Origin: Candidatus Latescibacterota bacterium
GTDB taxonomy: Bacteria > Latescibacterota > UBA2968 > GCA-2709665
DNA length: 64,000 nt
Assembly (NCBI GenBank): GCA_965237675.1
Contig: OZ250150.1
Location: 64,001-128,000 of the forward strand
Direction: 5' to 3'
This document shows, piece by piece, positions 36,933-46,321 of this stretch. Positions within the stretch are counted from its first letter, which is position 1, and every line of letters starts with the position of its first letter. The notes below the pieces were generated by a model. The model searched no databases and was not told the DNA's origin. It saw nothing but the letters and a program-made list of their open reading frames with translations. The position numbers were made by a program, and so were the translations under genes.

Positions 36933-39698
36933 GTGACTGATATTTACCGTACTCCGGAACAAAAGGCGCGCGACAAGATCGACGCGATGTTGAATCAGGC
37001 CGGCTGGAAGGTACAGTCAAAAAACAAGCTTGACTTCAGCGCGGGCCTCGGTATCGCTGTCCGTGAGTATCAGACGGATGTTGGCCTAGCGGACTACGTT
37101 CTCTTTGTTGACAAGCATGCCGTCGGTGTTGTCGAGGCCAAGCGGGAGGACTGGGGCCACAATATCACCACCGTCGAATTGCAGTCCGGCACCTATGCTG
37201 CTGCCAAACTCAAATGGGTCAACAACCAGGAACCCCTGCCATTCGTTTATGAATCTACCGGTGTGCTCACGCGGTTTACCGACGGACGCGACCCGAAACC
37301 CCGCTCCCGGGAAGTCTTCAACTTTCCCCGGCCAGAGACGATACCGGGGTGGCACACAAATGAGCGCTCGCTTCGTGCCAAGCTGCGAAAGCTCCCTGAG
37401 CTCAACCCTGCCGGACTCAGGGCGTGCCAGATAAGCGCTATCGAGAATCTCGAGATATCATATAAAAATAACCGACCGCGCGCACTCATTCAGATGGCTA
37501 CTGGCTCGGGCAAGACCTACGCCGCCATCACGTCGATCTACCGGCTGCTCAAACACGCGGACGCCAAGCGGATTCTCTTTCTCGTAGACACCAGGCATCT
37601 GGGTGAACAAGCCGAACAGGAATTCATGGCGTACGTACCCAATGACGACAACCGTAAATTCACCGAACTCTACAACGTCCAGCGCCTTAAATCGTCCTTC
37701 GTCGCCAGGGATAGTCAGGTCTGCATCAGCACCATTCAGCGCATGTATTCGCTTCTGAAGGGCGAGGAGATGGACGAATCCGCGGAAGAGATAAATCCGG
37801 CGGAGTTGACGCTGCGCAGACAGCCGATGCCGGTCGTCTACAACGAGAAGATTCCACCCGAGTTCTTTGACTTCATCATCATTGACGAATGCCACCGCTC
37901 GATCTACAACCTCTGGCGCCAGGTCCTGGAATACTTCGACGCATTCCTCATTGGCCTCACCGCCACGCCGGACAACCGCACCTACGGGTTCTTCAAGAAA
38001 AATGTCGTAAGCGAATACACTCATGAACAGGCCGTCGCAGACGGCGTCAACGTCGGCAACGAAGTCTATGTGATCGACACGGAGAGGACAGAGCGCGGCG
38101 GCCAGATCAGGGCACGCCAGGAGGTCGAAAGACGGGAGCGTCTCACGCGGCGAAAGCGCTGGGAGATACAAGACGAAGCTCTGGTTTATACCAGGCAAGA
38201 ACTGGATCGTGCCGTCGTCAATCCCGACCAGATCCGTACCGTCATCCGCACCTTCCACGATAAACGGCATGAGATATTTCCGGGCCGCAACGAAGTTCCG
38301 AAGACGTTGATTTTTGCCAAAACCGATAGCCATGCCGACGACATCATCCAGACCGTGCGGGAAGAATTCGCCCAAGGCAACGAGTTCTGCAAAAAAATCA
38401 CCTACCGAGCACAAGAGGATCCGAAATCTGTCCTTGCCCAGTTTCGTAACGACTACTACCCGCGCATAGCTGTCACCGTGGATATGATTGCCACGGGTAC
38501 TGACGTTAGACCACTCGAATGCCTGCTCTTTATGCGTGACGTGAGGAGCCTCAACTATTTTGAGCAGATGAAGGGACGTGGCACTCGCACACTCGACCAC
38601 GACGATCTCAAGAAAGTCTCGCCGTCCGCTGTAAGTGGCAAGACCCACTATGTGATTGTCGACGCCGTCGGCGTCACAAAATCACTAAAGACTGCCAGCC
38701 AGCCGCTCATCACCAATCCTTCGGTGTCACTCAAGGATCTTGCAATGTGCGTGATGATGGGCACCCACGATGAGGACACGGTGAGTTCCCTCGCCGGACG
38801 GCTCGCCCGACTCAACCGACAGCTCGACCAAGATGAGCAGGATCGTATAAGAAATAAGGCCGGAGGGATCGAACTCACCAACATCGTCGGCGATCTGCTG
38901 GCGGCTATCGACCCGGACCGGATTGATGCGAAGGCTCGCGAAATTGAAGCTGTGCCCGACGGCGACGACCCGTCACCACCCGCCCGCTTCCAGGCGCGTG
39001 GAAAGTTGGTAGGCGAGGCGGCCAGGGTTTTCAACGGCGAGTTGATCGAATTGATCGACTCGATTCGCCGCGACAAAGAACAGACCATCGACCATGACAG
39101 CCTGGATACCGTACACCGCGCCGAATGGGAAGGCGACCCGCAGGAGAATGCAGAGGGCCTTGCCAAAGACTTCCGGGATTATCTCGAAGCCAATCGCGAC
39201 GATATCGAAGCGCTGACCATCTTCTACGCCCAACCGCACAGGCGCAGAGAACTGACATTCGAGATGATCCGCGAAGTATTCGAAAAGCTCAAGAGCGATC
39301 GGCCTCAACTGGCGCCTTTGCATGTCTGGCAGGCATACTCCGTACTGGATGAATACAACGGCAGGCAACCGGCCAGTGAACTGACCGCGCTTGTGGCTTT
39401 GATCCGCCGCGTCTGCGGGATTGACGAGAAAATCTCAACTTATTCGGATACCGTTCGCCGCAACTTCCAAAATTGGATTATGACACACCACAGCGGCAGC
39501 GGCGAAAAATTCCACGAAGTGCAAATGGACTGGCTGCGCATGATCCGCGACCACATCATCACCTCGTTTCATCTGGAACGCGACGATCTGGACATGGCGC
39601 CATTCGATAGCAAGGGCGGATTGGGGCAGATGTACAATCTCTTCGGCGACACGATGGATAATGTGATTGATGAGTTGAATGAGGCATTGGCGGCATGA
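36933..39698 (+). CDS. hsdR: Type I restriction endonuclease subunit R (EcoEI-like C-terminus)
   Basis: ADYVL...VVEAK nuclease motif, MATGSGKT, IIDECHRS, TATP, QMKGRGTR; GTG start. Confidence 0.95.
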   Translation: MTDIYRTPEQKARDKIDAMLNQAGWKVQSKNKLDFSAGLGIAVREYQTDVGLADYVLFVDKHAVGVVEAKREDWGHNITTVELQSGTYAAAKLKWVNNQEPLPFVYESTGVLTRFTDGRDPKPRSREVFNFPRPETIPGWHTNERSLRAKLRKLPELNPAGLRACQISAIENLEISYKNNRPRALIQMATGSGKTYAAITSIYRLLKHADAKRILFLVDTRHLGEQAEQEFMAYVPNDDNRKFTELYNVQRLKSSFVARDSQVCISTIQRMYSLLKGEEMDESAEEINPAELTLRRQPMPVVYNEKIPPEFFDFIIIDECHRSIYNLWRQVLEYFDAFLIGLTATPDNRTYGFFKKNVVSEYTHEQAVADGVNVGNEVYVIDTERTERGGQIRARQEVERRERLTRRKRWEIQDEALVYTRQELDRAVVNPDQIRTVIRTFHDKRHEIFPGRNEVPKTLIFAKTDSHADDIIQTVREEFAQGNEFCKKITYRAQEDPKSVLAQFRNDYYPRIAVTVDMIATGTDVRPLECLLFMRDVRSLNYFEQMKGRGTRTLDHDDLKKVSPSAVSGKTHYVIVDAVGVTKSLKTASQPLITNPSVSLKDLAMCVMMGTHDEDTVSSLAGRLARLNRQLDQDEQDRIRNKAGGIELTNIVGDLLAAIDPDRIDAKAREIEAVPDGDDPSPPARFQARGKLVGEAARVFNGELIELIDSIRRDKEQTIDHDSLDTVHRAEWEGDPQENAEGLAKDFRDYLEANRDDIEALTIFYAQPHRRRELTFEMIREVFEKLKSDRPQLAPLHVWQAYSVLDEYNGRQPASELTALVALIRRVCGIDEKISTYSDTVRRNFQNWIMTHHSGSGEKFHEVQMDWLRMIRDHIITSFHLERDDLDMAPFDSKGGLGQMYNLFGDTMDNVIDELNEALAA

Positions 39699-41260
39699 GT
39701 CGTGAGCTAGGATCTCGATGGTCACTACCCAATAGCTGGGTCTGGACCAAGCTATCAGCACTCGGCGACATCATCGGGGGTGGTACGCCGTCGACCAAAG
39801 AACCTACATATTGGACAGATGAGATCAATTGGATTTCGCCATCTGACTTGACCGGGCACTCGGCAAAAACCATCAAGAGAGGGACAAAGAGCATTTCCAA
39901 AAACGGTCTCACGAACAGTTCTGCGAAAGTGATGCCAGCCGGTAGCGTACACTTTTCCACACGCGCGCCAATCGGCTACATCGTCATCAGCTCGGAACCA
40001 CTAGCCACAAACCAAGGTTTCAAAAGCCTCGTTCCCGCGCCTGGTATTTTCAACGCGTACGTCTACTACTACCTGATCGCATCACGAGACTACGCGCGCA
40101 AACGCGCGAGTGGTACGACGTTCTTAGAACTATCTGGTAAAGCCTTTGGCGACCTTGCGATACCTCTCGCTCCAGCAGCCATGCAACACAAAATCGTCAC
40201 AAAGATCGAGGAGCTATTTTCCGAACTGGACAAGGGCATCGAGAGCCTGAAGGCGGCGCGGGCGAAGCTCAATATCTACCGCCAGGCCGTGCTCAAGCAC
40301 GCCTTCGAAGGCAAGCTAACGGCCGAATGGCGCGAAGAGAATAGGGACAAGCTCGAGACGGCCAGGCAATTGCTCGCTCACAACAAGCAAATGTGGGAAG
40401 CCCGCTATGAAAAGCAGCTTCAGGAGTGGAAGGCCGACGTCAAGAAATGGGAGAAAGGCGGCAAGTCAGGCAAGAGGCCAGCGAGACTCATGAGACCAAC
40501 TGAAGTCGTCCCGTTAGAGGGCAAAATACGCGAGGCGTTGCCCGCCATTCCTAAATGCTGGGAATGGTTAAAATTGAAACACATCGGACGGATTGAAACA
40601 GGCACGACACCCTCAACGAAGATTCGTGAGAACTACGGGGGAAGCCTTCCGTTTATCAAACCTACAGATTTGGATCAAGGCGGGCATGTTCGAACTGCAC
40701 GAGACCACCTTTCCCAATTGGGCGAAGAATCCGCACGTGTCATTCCGGCGGGCTCCACCTTGGTTACATGTATCGGGGCAACGATAGGGAAAACGGGATT
40801 TGCAGTAACGCAGTGTGCAACCAATCAACAGATTAACTCAGTCAGCCCTTGTGTCGAATTCGAACCCAGATTTGTTTATCTCCAGATGGTCGCTCCGTTC
40901 CTTAACAGTAAAATCAAAACTGACGCATCCGCGACTACACTTCCGATCTTGAACAAATCCAAATTTGGTGAACTCCCATTTGTTCTCTGCTCCCTTCCAG
41001 AGCAACTCGAGCTTGTCCGGATTGTGGAAGAGGGAATTGTGGCGATCGAGCGAAGCGAGCGTGAGATCGATTCGAACTTAAATCAAGTGGAGACGCTACG
41101 TCAATCTATCCTTAAGAAGGCTTTCTCAGGAGAGTTGGTCCCGCATGATCCACATGACGAATCAGCGTCGGTTCTTTTGGATCGAATCAGAGCAGTTAAA
41201 TCTGCACGGTCTCAAGTCAAAAAGCGAACAAAACGCAGACGCGAGAAGGCAACAGCATGA
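39695..41260 (+). CDS. hsdS: Type I R-M specificity subunit
   Basis: Two TRDs (LPNSWVW..GGTPST..NQGF; IPKCWEW..GTTPST..NQQI) with conserved LKHAFEGKL / LKKAFSGELVP helices. Confidence 0.95.
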   Translation: MSRELGSRWSLPNSWVWTKLSALGDIIGGGTPSTKEPTYWTDEINWISPSDLTGHSAKTIKRGTKSISKNGLTNSSAKVMPAGSVHFSTRAPIGYIVISSEPLATNQGFKSLVPAPGIFNAYVYYYLIASRDYARKRASGTTFLELSGKAFGDLAIPLAPAAMQHKIVTKIEELFSELDKGIESLKAARAKLNIYRQAVLKHAFEGKLTAEWREENRDKLETARQLLAHNKQMWEARYEKQLQEWKADVKKWEKGGKSGKRPARLMRPTEVVPLEGKIREALPAIPKCWEWLKLKHIGRIETGTTPSTKIRENYGGSLPFIKPTDLDQGGHVRTARDHLSQLGEESARVIPAGSTLVTCIGATIGKTGFAVTQCATNQQINSVSPCVEFEPRFVYLQMVAPFLNSKIKTDASATTLPILNKSKFGELPFVLCSLPEQLELVRIVEEGIVAIERSEREIDSNLNQVETLRQSILKKAFSGELVPHDPHDESASVLLDRIRAVKSARSQVKKRTKRRREKATA

Positions 41261-42844
41261 CCGGCAAACTGCCAATAAACATCGATCACCTGCTTCGCCA
41301 TCGCCACATCGAAGGCGAACGCGTCGAGTACAAAACGGGCTGGAACCCGCAGAGCGTGCTGCACGCCATATGCGCCTTCGCCAACGACTTCCACAATCTG
41401 GGCGGTGGATACGTCGTCCTCGGCGTCGAGGAACAAAATGGCCGCCCAGTTTTGCCGCCCAAGGGCATCAGGCCCGATGCCATCGATGCGATACAGAAGG
41501 ACCTGCTGAATCTGGGCAATTCGCCGATCCAGCCCCATTATCACCCGCTCACGGGAACCTACGACATCGACGGGCGGAACATTCTCGTGCTCTGGGCGCC
41601 CGGCGGCGAAACCCGTCCCTATAAAGCCAAAGTGATTCTGAGTGCGCAACGCAGCGAGTGGGCTTACTACATCCGCAGACACAGCAGCACGGTTCGCGCC
41701 AGGGGTCAGGACGAGCGTGAACTGCTCAGTCTGGCGGCCACGGTACCTTTTGATGACCGCATATCGCCAGACTGCATCTCTCGACGACCTGTCCCATCGG
41801 CTGATCCGTGAGTTTCTAGGGGAAATCGGCAGCGAACTGGCATCGGAAGCAGTGGGCCTGTCTGTTGAGGACCTGGGCAGGCGCCTGAACATCGTCGGAG
41901 GCCCGCCCGAAGCGATGTACCCCAAGAACGTCGGGCTGCTTTTCTTCAACGACCGCCCGCACGACTTTTTTCCGGCAACCCAGATCGATGTCGTGTGGTT
42001 TCCGGATGGGCCGGGCGGAGATCAGTTCGAGGAGAAGGAGTTCCGTGGGCCGTTGTCCATCATCCTTAGCGAGGCGATCGGCTACATTGAGCGGAACTAT
42101 CTGAAGGAAACCGTCGTCAAGTATCCCCACAAGCCGGAGGCCGAGCGATTCTGGAATTTCCCGATTGGCGCCATTGAAGAGGCGCTGGTGAACGCCATCT
42201 ACCATCGCTCATACGAAGAGCGGGAGCCGGTGGAAGTTCGGATCACCCGCGAAGAATTGCTGGTCTTGAGTTATCCCGGGGCGGACCGCTCCATACGTAT
42301 GGATGACTTCAAGAAGGGGCAGGCCGTGAGCAGGCGCTACCGTAACCGGCGTATCGGTGAGTTTCTGAAAGAACTCGACCTCGCCGAGGCCCGCTCAACC
42401 GGGGTGCCGAAGATTTTCCGGTCCATGCGGCAGAACGGCTCACCGGAACCCATGTTCGAAAGCGACGAGGATCGGACCTGGTTTCTGGTGCGATTGCCAG
42501 TGCATGAACGGGCTTCTCTTGCGGAGACCGAACAAGATACCGGACAAGATAAGTCATTGATAAATAAGAAGAATGGTCAGGATACCCCACAAGATACCCC
42601 ACAAGATGTCGGACAGGTCTCCGATCATGTCGAGCAACTCGTGGTTGTACTCACCAGAGCGATGAGCCGCGCCCGTATCCAGGCAGCATTGGAACTCAAA
42701 GACCGGCACCACTTCCTCGCGTCGTACCTAAAGCCCGCCCTCAAGGCGGGGCTGATTGAAATGACCCTCCCGGACAAGCCCACCAGTCGCCACCAACGCT
42801 ATCGCCGAACCGCTCAAGGCGAGGCGCTCGCTGAACAAATCTAA
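41257..42844 (+). pseudogene. AlbA_2/Schlafen + RecG-C-like ATP-binding + HTH protein, frameshifted near 41761
   Basis: ERVEYK..ICAFAN..GGYVVLGV in first frame; EALVNAIYHR..YRNRRI..PDKPTSRHQRYR in second; removing one A at gaccgc-a-tatcgc gives PFDDR-YRQTAS. Confidence 0.85.
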
Positions 42845-42960
42845 CGGAAGAATGCCCCCACATGAACACCGCTCCCATCATCTCCAAAGTCTGGAGCTTC
42901 TGCACCACCCTGCGCGATGACGGGGTGAGCTATGGCGACTACCTCGAGCAACTCACCTAT

Positions 42961-44648
42961 CCTGAATAATTCACAAAAAAGGTAGTTTCCATACCCAAGT
43001 CATTGTATTATATTATGGTTACGCAAATAACCTAATAACAATGAAACAGGAGGAAACTACCGTGGGAGTTCAAGATAAACATCACAGGTTGTCTTTCGCA
43101 AGTCTTTCTGGTAGGCAGGTAGAAGCCACGTTCGACGGGGGCGTGCTGACGACCGACGTCGGGGTGATGCTGCTTCGTGAGGTCGAGGCCAATGTCGGCA
43201 TTTTGCATCGGATGGTTGCGGCGCTCACCGATCATCGACATCAAAGTTACGTACATCATTCGATGATGGACCTGATCAAACAACGTGTCTTTCAGATGGC
43301 CTGTGGGTATGAGGATGCGAATGATTGCAAGACGTTACGCGAGGACCCCGGCTTCAAGGCGGCCTGTGATCGGTTGCCGTTGTCTGGCGCGGACCTGGCC
43401 AGTCAGCCCACGATGAGTCGGTTCGAGAACCGCATCAGCAGAACCGATTTGTATCGGATCGCCAAGGCCTTTGCGGATGTGTTTGTCGCCTCGTATGAGG
43501 AACCGCCGGAAGCCATTCTGTTGGACATCGATGACACCGAAGACAAGGTGCATGGGTCTCAACAGTTGTCGTTGTTCAATGCGTATTTCAATGGCTATTG
43601 CTACCAGCCCCTGCATATCTATGAAGGCCAAACCGGCAAGTTGATCACGACGGTCTTGCGTCCTGGCAGGCGGCCTGCGGGTAAAGAGATCGTCACCATC
43701 CTCAAACGGGTGATCGCCTACCTGCGTAAAGCCTGGCCCGACGTGGAGATCCTGTTACGTGGCGATGCGCATTTTTCGTGTCCGGAAGTGCACGTGTTGT
43801 GTGAGGAAGAAGATGTGTATTTTGTCCTCGGACAGAACGGCAACGCCAAACTCCTGCGGAAGGCACAGTCCTTGATAGACCAGGCCAAAACGCGGTATGC
43901 CGATTCCGGAGAAACCGTGCGCCTTTATCGCTGTTGGGCCTATCAGGCCGGCACCTGGGCGTGTCCACAACGCATCGTCTGCAAGGCGGAAGTGACACCG
44001 CAAGGTGTCAATATCCGATTCGTGGTCACCAACCTGAAGCGCGCCCAACCGTCATTCATCTACAAAACCGCCTATTGCACACGCGGCAGGATGGAAAACT
44101 TCATCAAAAATCACAAGACCTTTCTCCATTCCGATCGCACCTCTTGTCACACCTTCCAGGCCAATCACTTCCGTCTCTTTCTCCACAGCGCCGCCTATGT
44201 CCTGATGCACAGCCTGGCTGCAATCGGATTGCGCGGCACGAAGTGGACCAACGCACAGTTCAATACCCTGCAAAATCGTCTCTTGAAAGTCGCCGGGCGC
44301 GTTTGTGAGTTGAAAACTAAAATCAAGTTCCATCTGCCAACGGCGTTTCCACTCAAACACCTTTATGGCAAGATCCTCTATAATCTGGCAACGGGTGTTC
44401 CATAACCCATCGACGTGCTGACCCCGCCTTCACATTTGCATCGACCACCACCAAAGGTCATGGAGAAGTCTGTGCGCTTGACACGGGCATCGAGGTCAAC
44501 CTGACGTCACGAGGCAAAGCAGGCGCCGCCCAAACGGCTTGAACACGCCAAATCCGTCACAGCCCATGCGCTTTCGTTTCTTGTCTCACTCGGAAGCTCT
44601 TTCTGCTTCCTTAAAATGCTCTATCTGACGATTCATGAATTAATCGGG
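42961..44648 (+). mobile_element. IS1380-family insertion sequence (1688 bp)
   Basis: IRL cctgaataattca vs IRR reverse complement cccgattaattca (11/13); 4-bp target duplication CTAT at 42957-42960 and 44649-44652. Confidence 0.93.
43041..44405 (+). CDS. IS1380-family DDE transposase
   Basis: FDGGVLTTDVG, GYEDAND, LASQPTMSRFEN, LDIDDT, RGDAHF, RGRMENFIK. Confidence 0.93.
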   Translation: MKQEETTVGVQDKHHRLSFASLSGRQVEATFDGGVLTTDVGVMLLREVEANVGILHRMVAALTDHRHQSYVHHSMMDLIKQRVFQMACGYEDANDCKTLREDPGFKAACDRLPLSGADLASQPTMSRFENRISRTDLYRIAKAFADVFVASYEEPPEAILLDIDDTEDKVHGSQQLSLFNAYFNGYCYQPLHIYEGQTGKLITTVLRPGRRPAGKEIVTILKRVIAYLRKAWPDVEILLRGDAHFSCPEVHVLCEEEDVYFVLGQNGNAKLLRKAQSLIDQAKTRYADSGETVRLYRCWAYQAGTWACPQRIVCKAEVTPQGVNIRFVVTNLKRAQPSFIYKTAYCTRGRMENFIKNHKTFLHSDRTSCHTFQANHFRLFLHSAAYVLMHSLAAIGLRGTKWTNAQFNTLQNRLLKVAGRVCELKTKIKFHLPTAFPLKHLYGKILYNLATGVP

Positions 44649-46321
44649 CTATCTGATCTTCCTAAAAATGGCCGACGAGTACGGCCAACCGCCCTACAAC
44701 CGCGATGTCGGCATTCCGGCAGACTTTAACTGGCAGAGCCTGAAGTCGAAAAGAGGCGCGGAACTCGACGGCCATTACGCCACCATGCTCCGCGAACTCG
44801 GGTCCAAGACGGGGATGCTTGGGCAGATTTTTACCAAGTCCCAAAACAAGATCCAGGATCCTGCAAAACTATACCGCCTCGTCGACATGGTGGACAACAC
44901 CGAATGGGTGACCATGGATGCCGACGTAAAGGGTGATATTTACGAAGGGCTTCTTGAGAAAAACGCTGAGGATACCAGGTCGGGCGCAGGACAGTATTTC
45001 ACGCCGCGCGCACTCATCCGCGCTATGGTCGAATGCGTACGCCCCGAACCAGGCACGCTAATTGCCGATCCAGCCTGCGGTACGGGCGGTTTCTTTCTCG
45101 CCGCCTACGACTTCATCACAAACCCGGACAACTTCAACCTGGACAGGGATCAGAAGGCGTTCCTCAAGCACGAGGCGTTTCACGGCAACGAGATCGTCGC
45201 CAATACACGCCGTTTGTGTCTGATGAATATGTTTCTCCACAACATTGGAGAGATCGACGGTGGCGTCCCCATATCGCCAAACGATTCGCTGGTGGCCGAT
45301 GCAGGCAAGCGCTTTGATTATGTGCTGGCGAATCCGCCCTTCGGCAAGAAGAGTTCGATGAGCTTCACGAACGAAGAGGGCGAACAAGAAAGGGACGACC
45401 TGACATACAACCGCCAGGACTTCTGGGCGACGACCTCAAACAAACAGCTCAACTTCGTTCAGCACATTCGCACGATGCTCAAGACCACCGGCCGAGCCGC
45501 CGTCGTCGTGCCGGACAACGTACTGTTCGAAGGCGGCGCCGGCGAGACGATTCGCAAGAAGCTGCTGGACAATACCGACCTGCACACCATCCTCCGCCTT
45601 CCGACCGGCGTGTTCTACGCGCAAGGCGTCAAAGCCAACGTGATCTTCTTCGACAATCACGAAGCTAGTCCCTCACTATGGACCAAACAGGTGTGGTACT
45701 ACGACTATCGAACCAATATTCACCACACCCTGAAGAAGAAGCCGATGCGCTTCGAAGATATGTCGGAATTCATTGAATGCTATAATCCGAAAAACCGGCA
45801 CCAGCGCAAGGCAACCTGGAACGAGAAGAATTCGCCGGAAGGCCGTTGGCGTAGCTACAGCTACGAGGAGATATGTGCGCGTGACAAGACCAGCCTCGAT
45901 ATCTTCTGGCTCAAGGACAAGAGCCTGACTGACCTGGACAACCTGCCCGAACCCGACAAACTCGCGGAAGAGATCATCGAAAACCTCGAAGCTGGGCTCA
46001 ACAGCTTTCGCCAGGTTCTGGCTGGCTTGGAGTCTCGGTAGGCATCATTATAAACTGTTGTTTTTTCTTTGAACCACATGGTTCGAGATTTCGTTACCTA
46101 CGTCTCCGCTCTGGTTGCTACCTACTGGAGCAACCATTGTCCGGTGGGACTCTGACCCACTGGAGTTCCGCGCCTTTTCACGGCGCACTGAATTATCCAG
46201 ATTAAATAAGACCAGAGGAGGCATTTCGATGGCTGCAATATTGAACGTGATGTGGATTGGGGTTTTCACGGTCAAGGGGTGCTGTCTCAATGCGTGTGGA
46301 GGCCGCGTGTTGGGCACAGTG

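Larger units (their letters stand above)
42862..46041 (+). pseudogene. hsdM: Type I R-M methyltransferase subunit interrupted by IS1380-family element
   Basis: MNTAPIISKVWSFCTTLRDDGVSYGDYLEQLTY (42862-42960) rejoins LIFLKMAD (44653 on); GQYFTPR, DPACGTGGF, NPPF. Confidence 0.93.

Noticed and set aside
42530-42620. 12-bp QDTP/QDTG repeats as a diversity-generating or phase-variable locus
   Set aside because: In-frame low-complexity linker of a kind common in this protein family; no RT or template repeat
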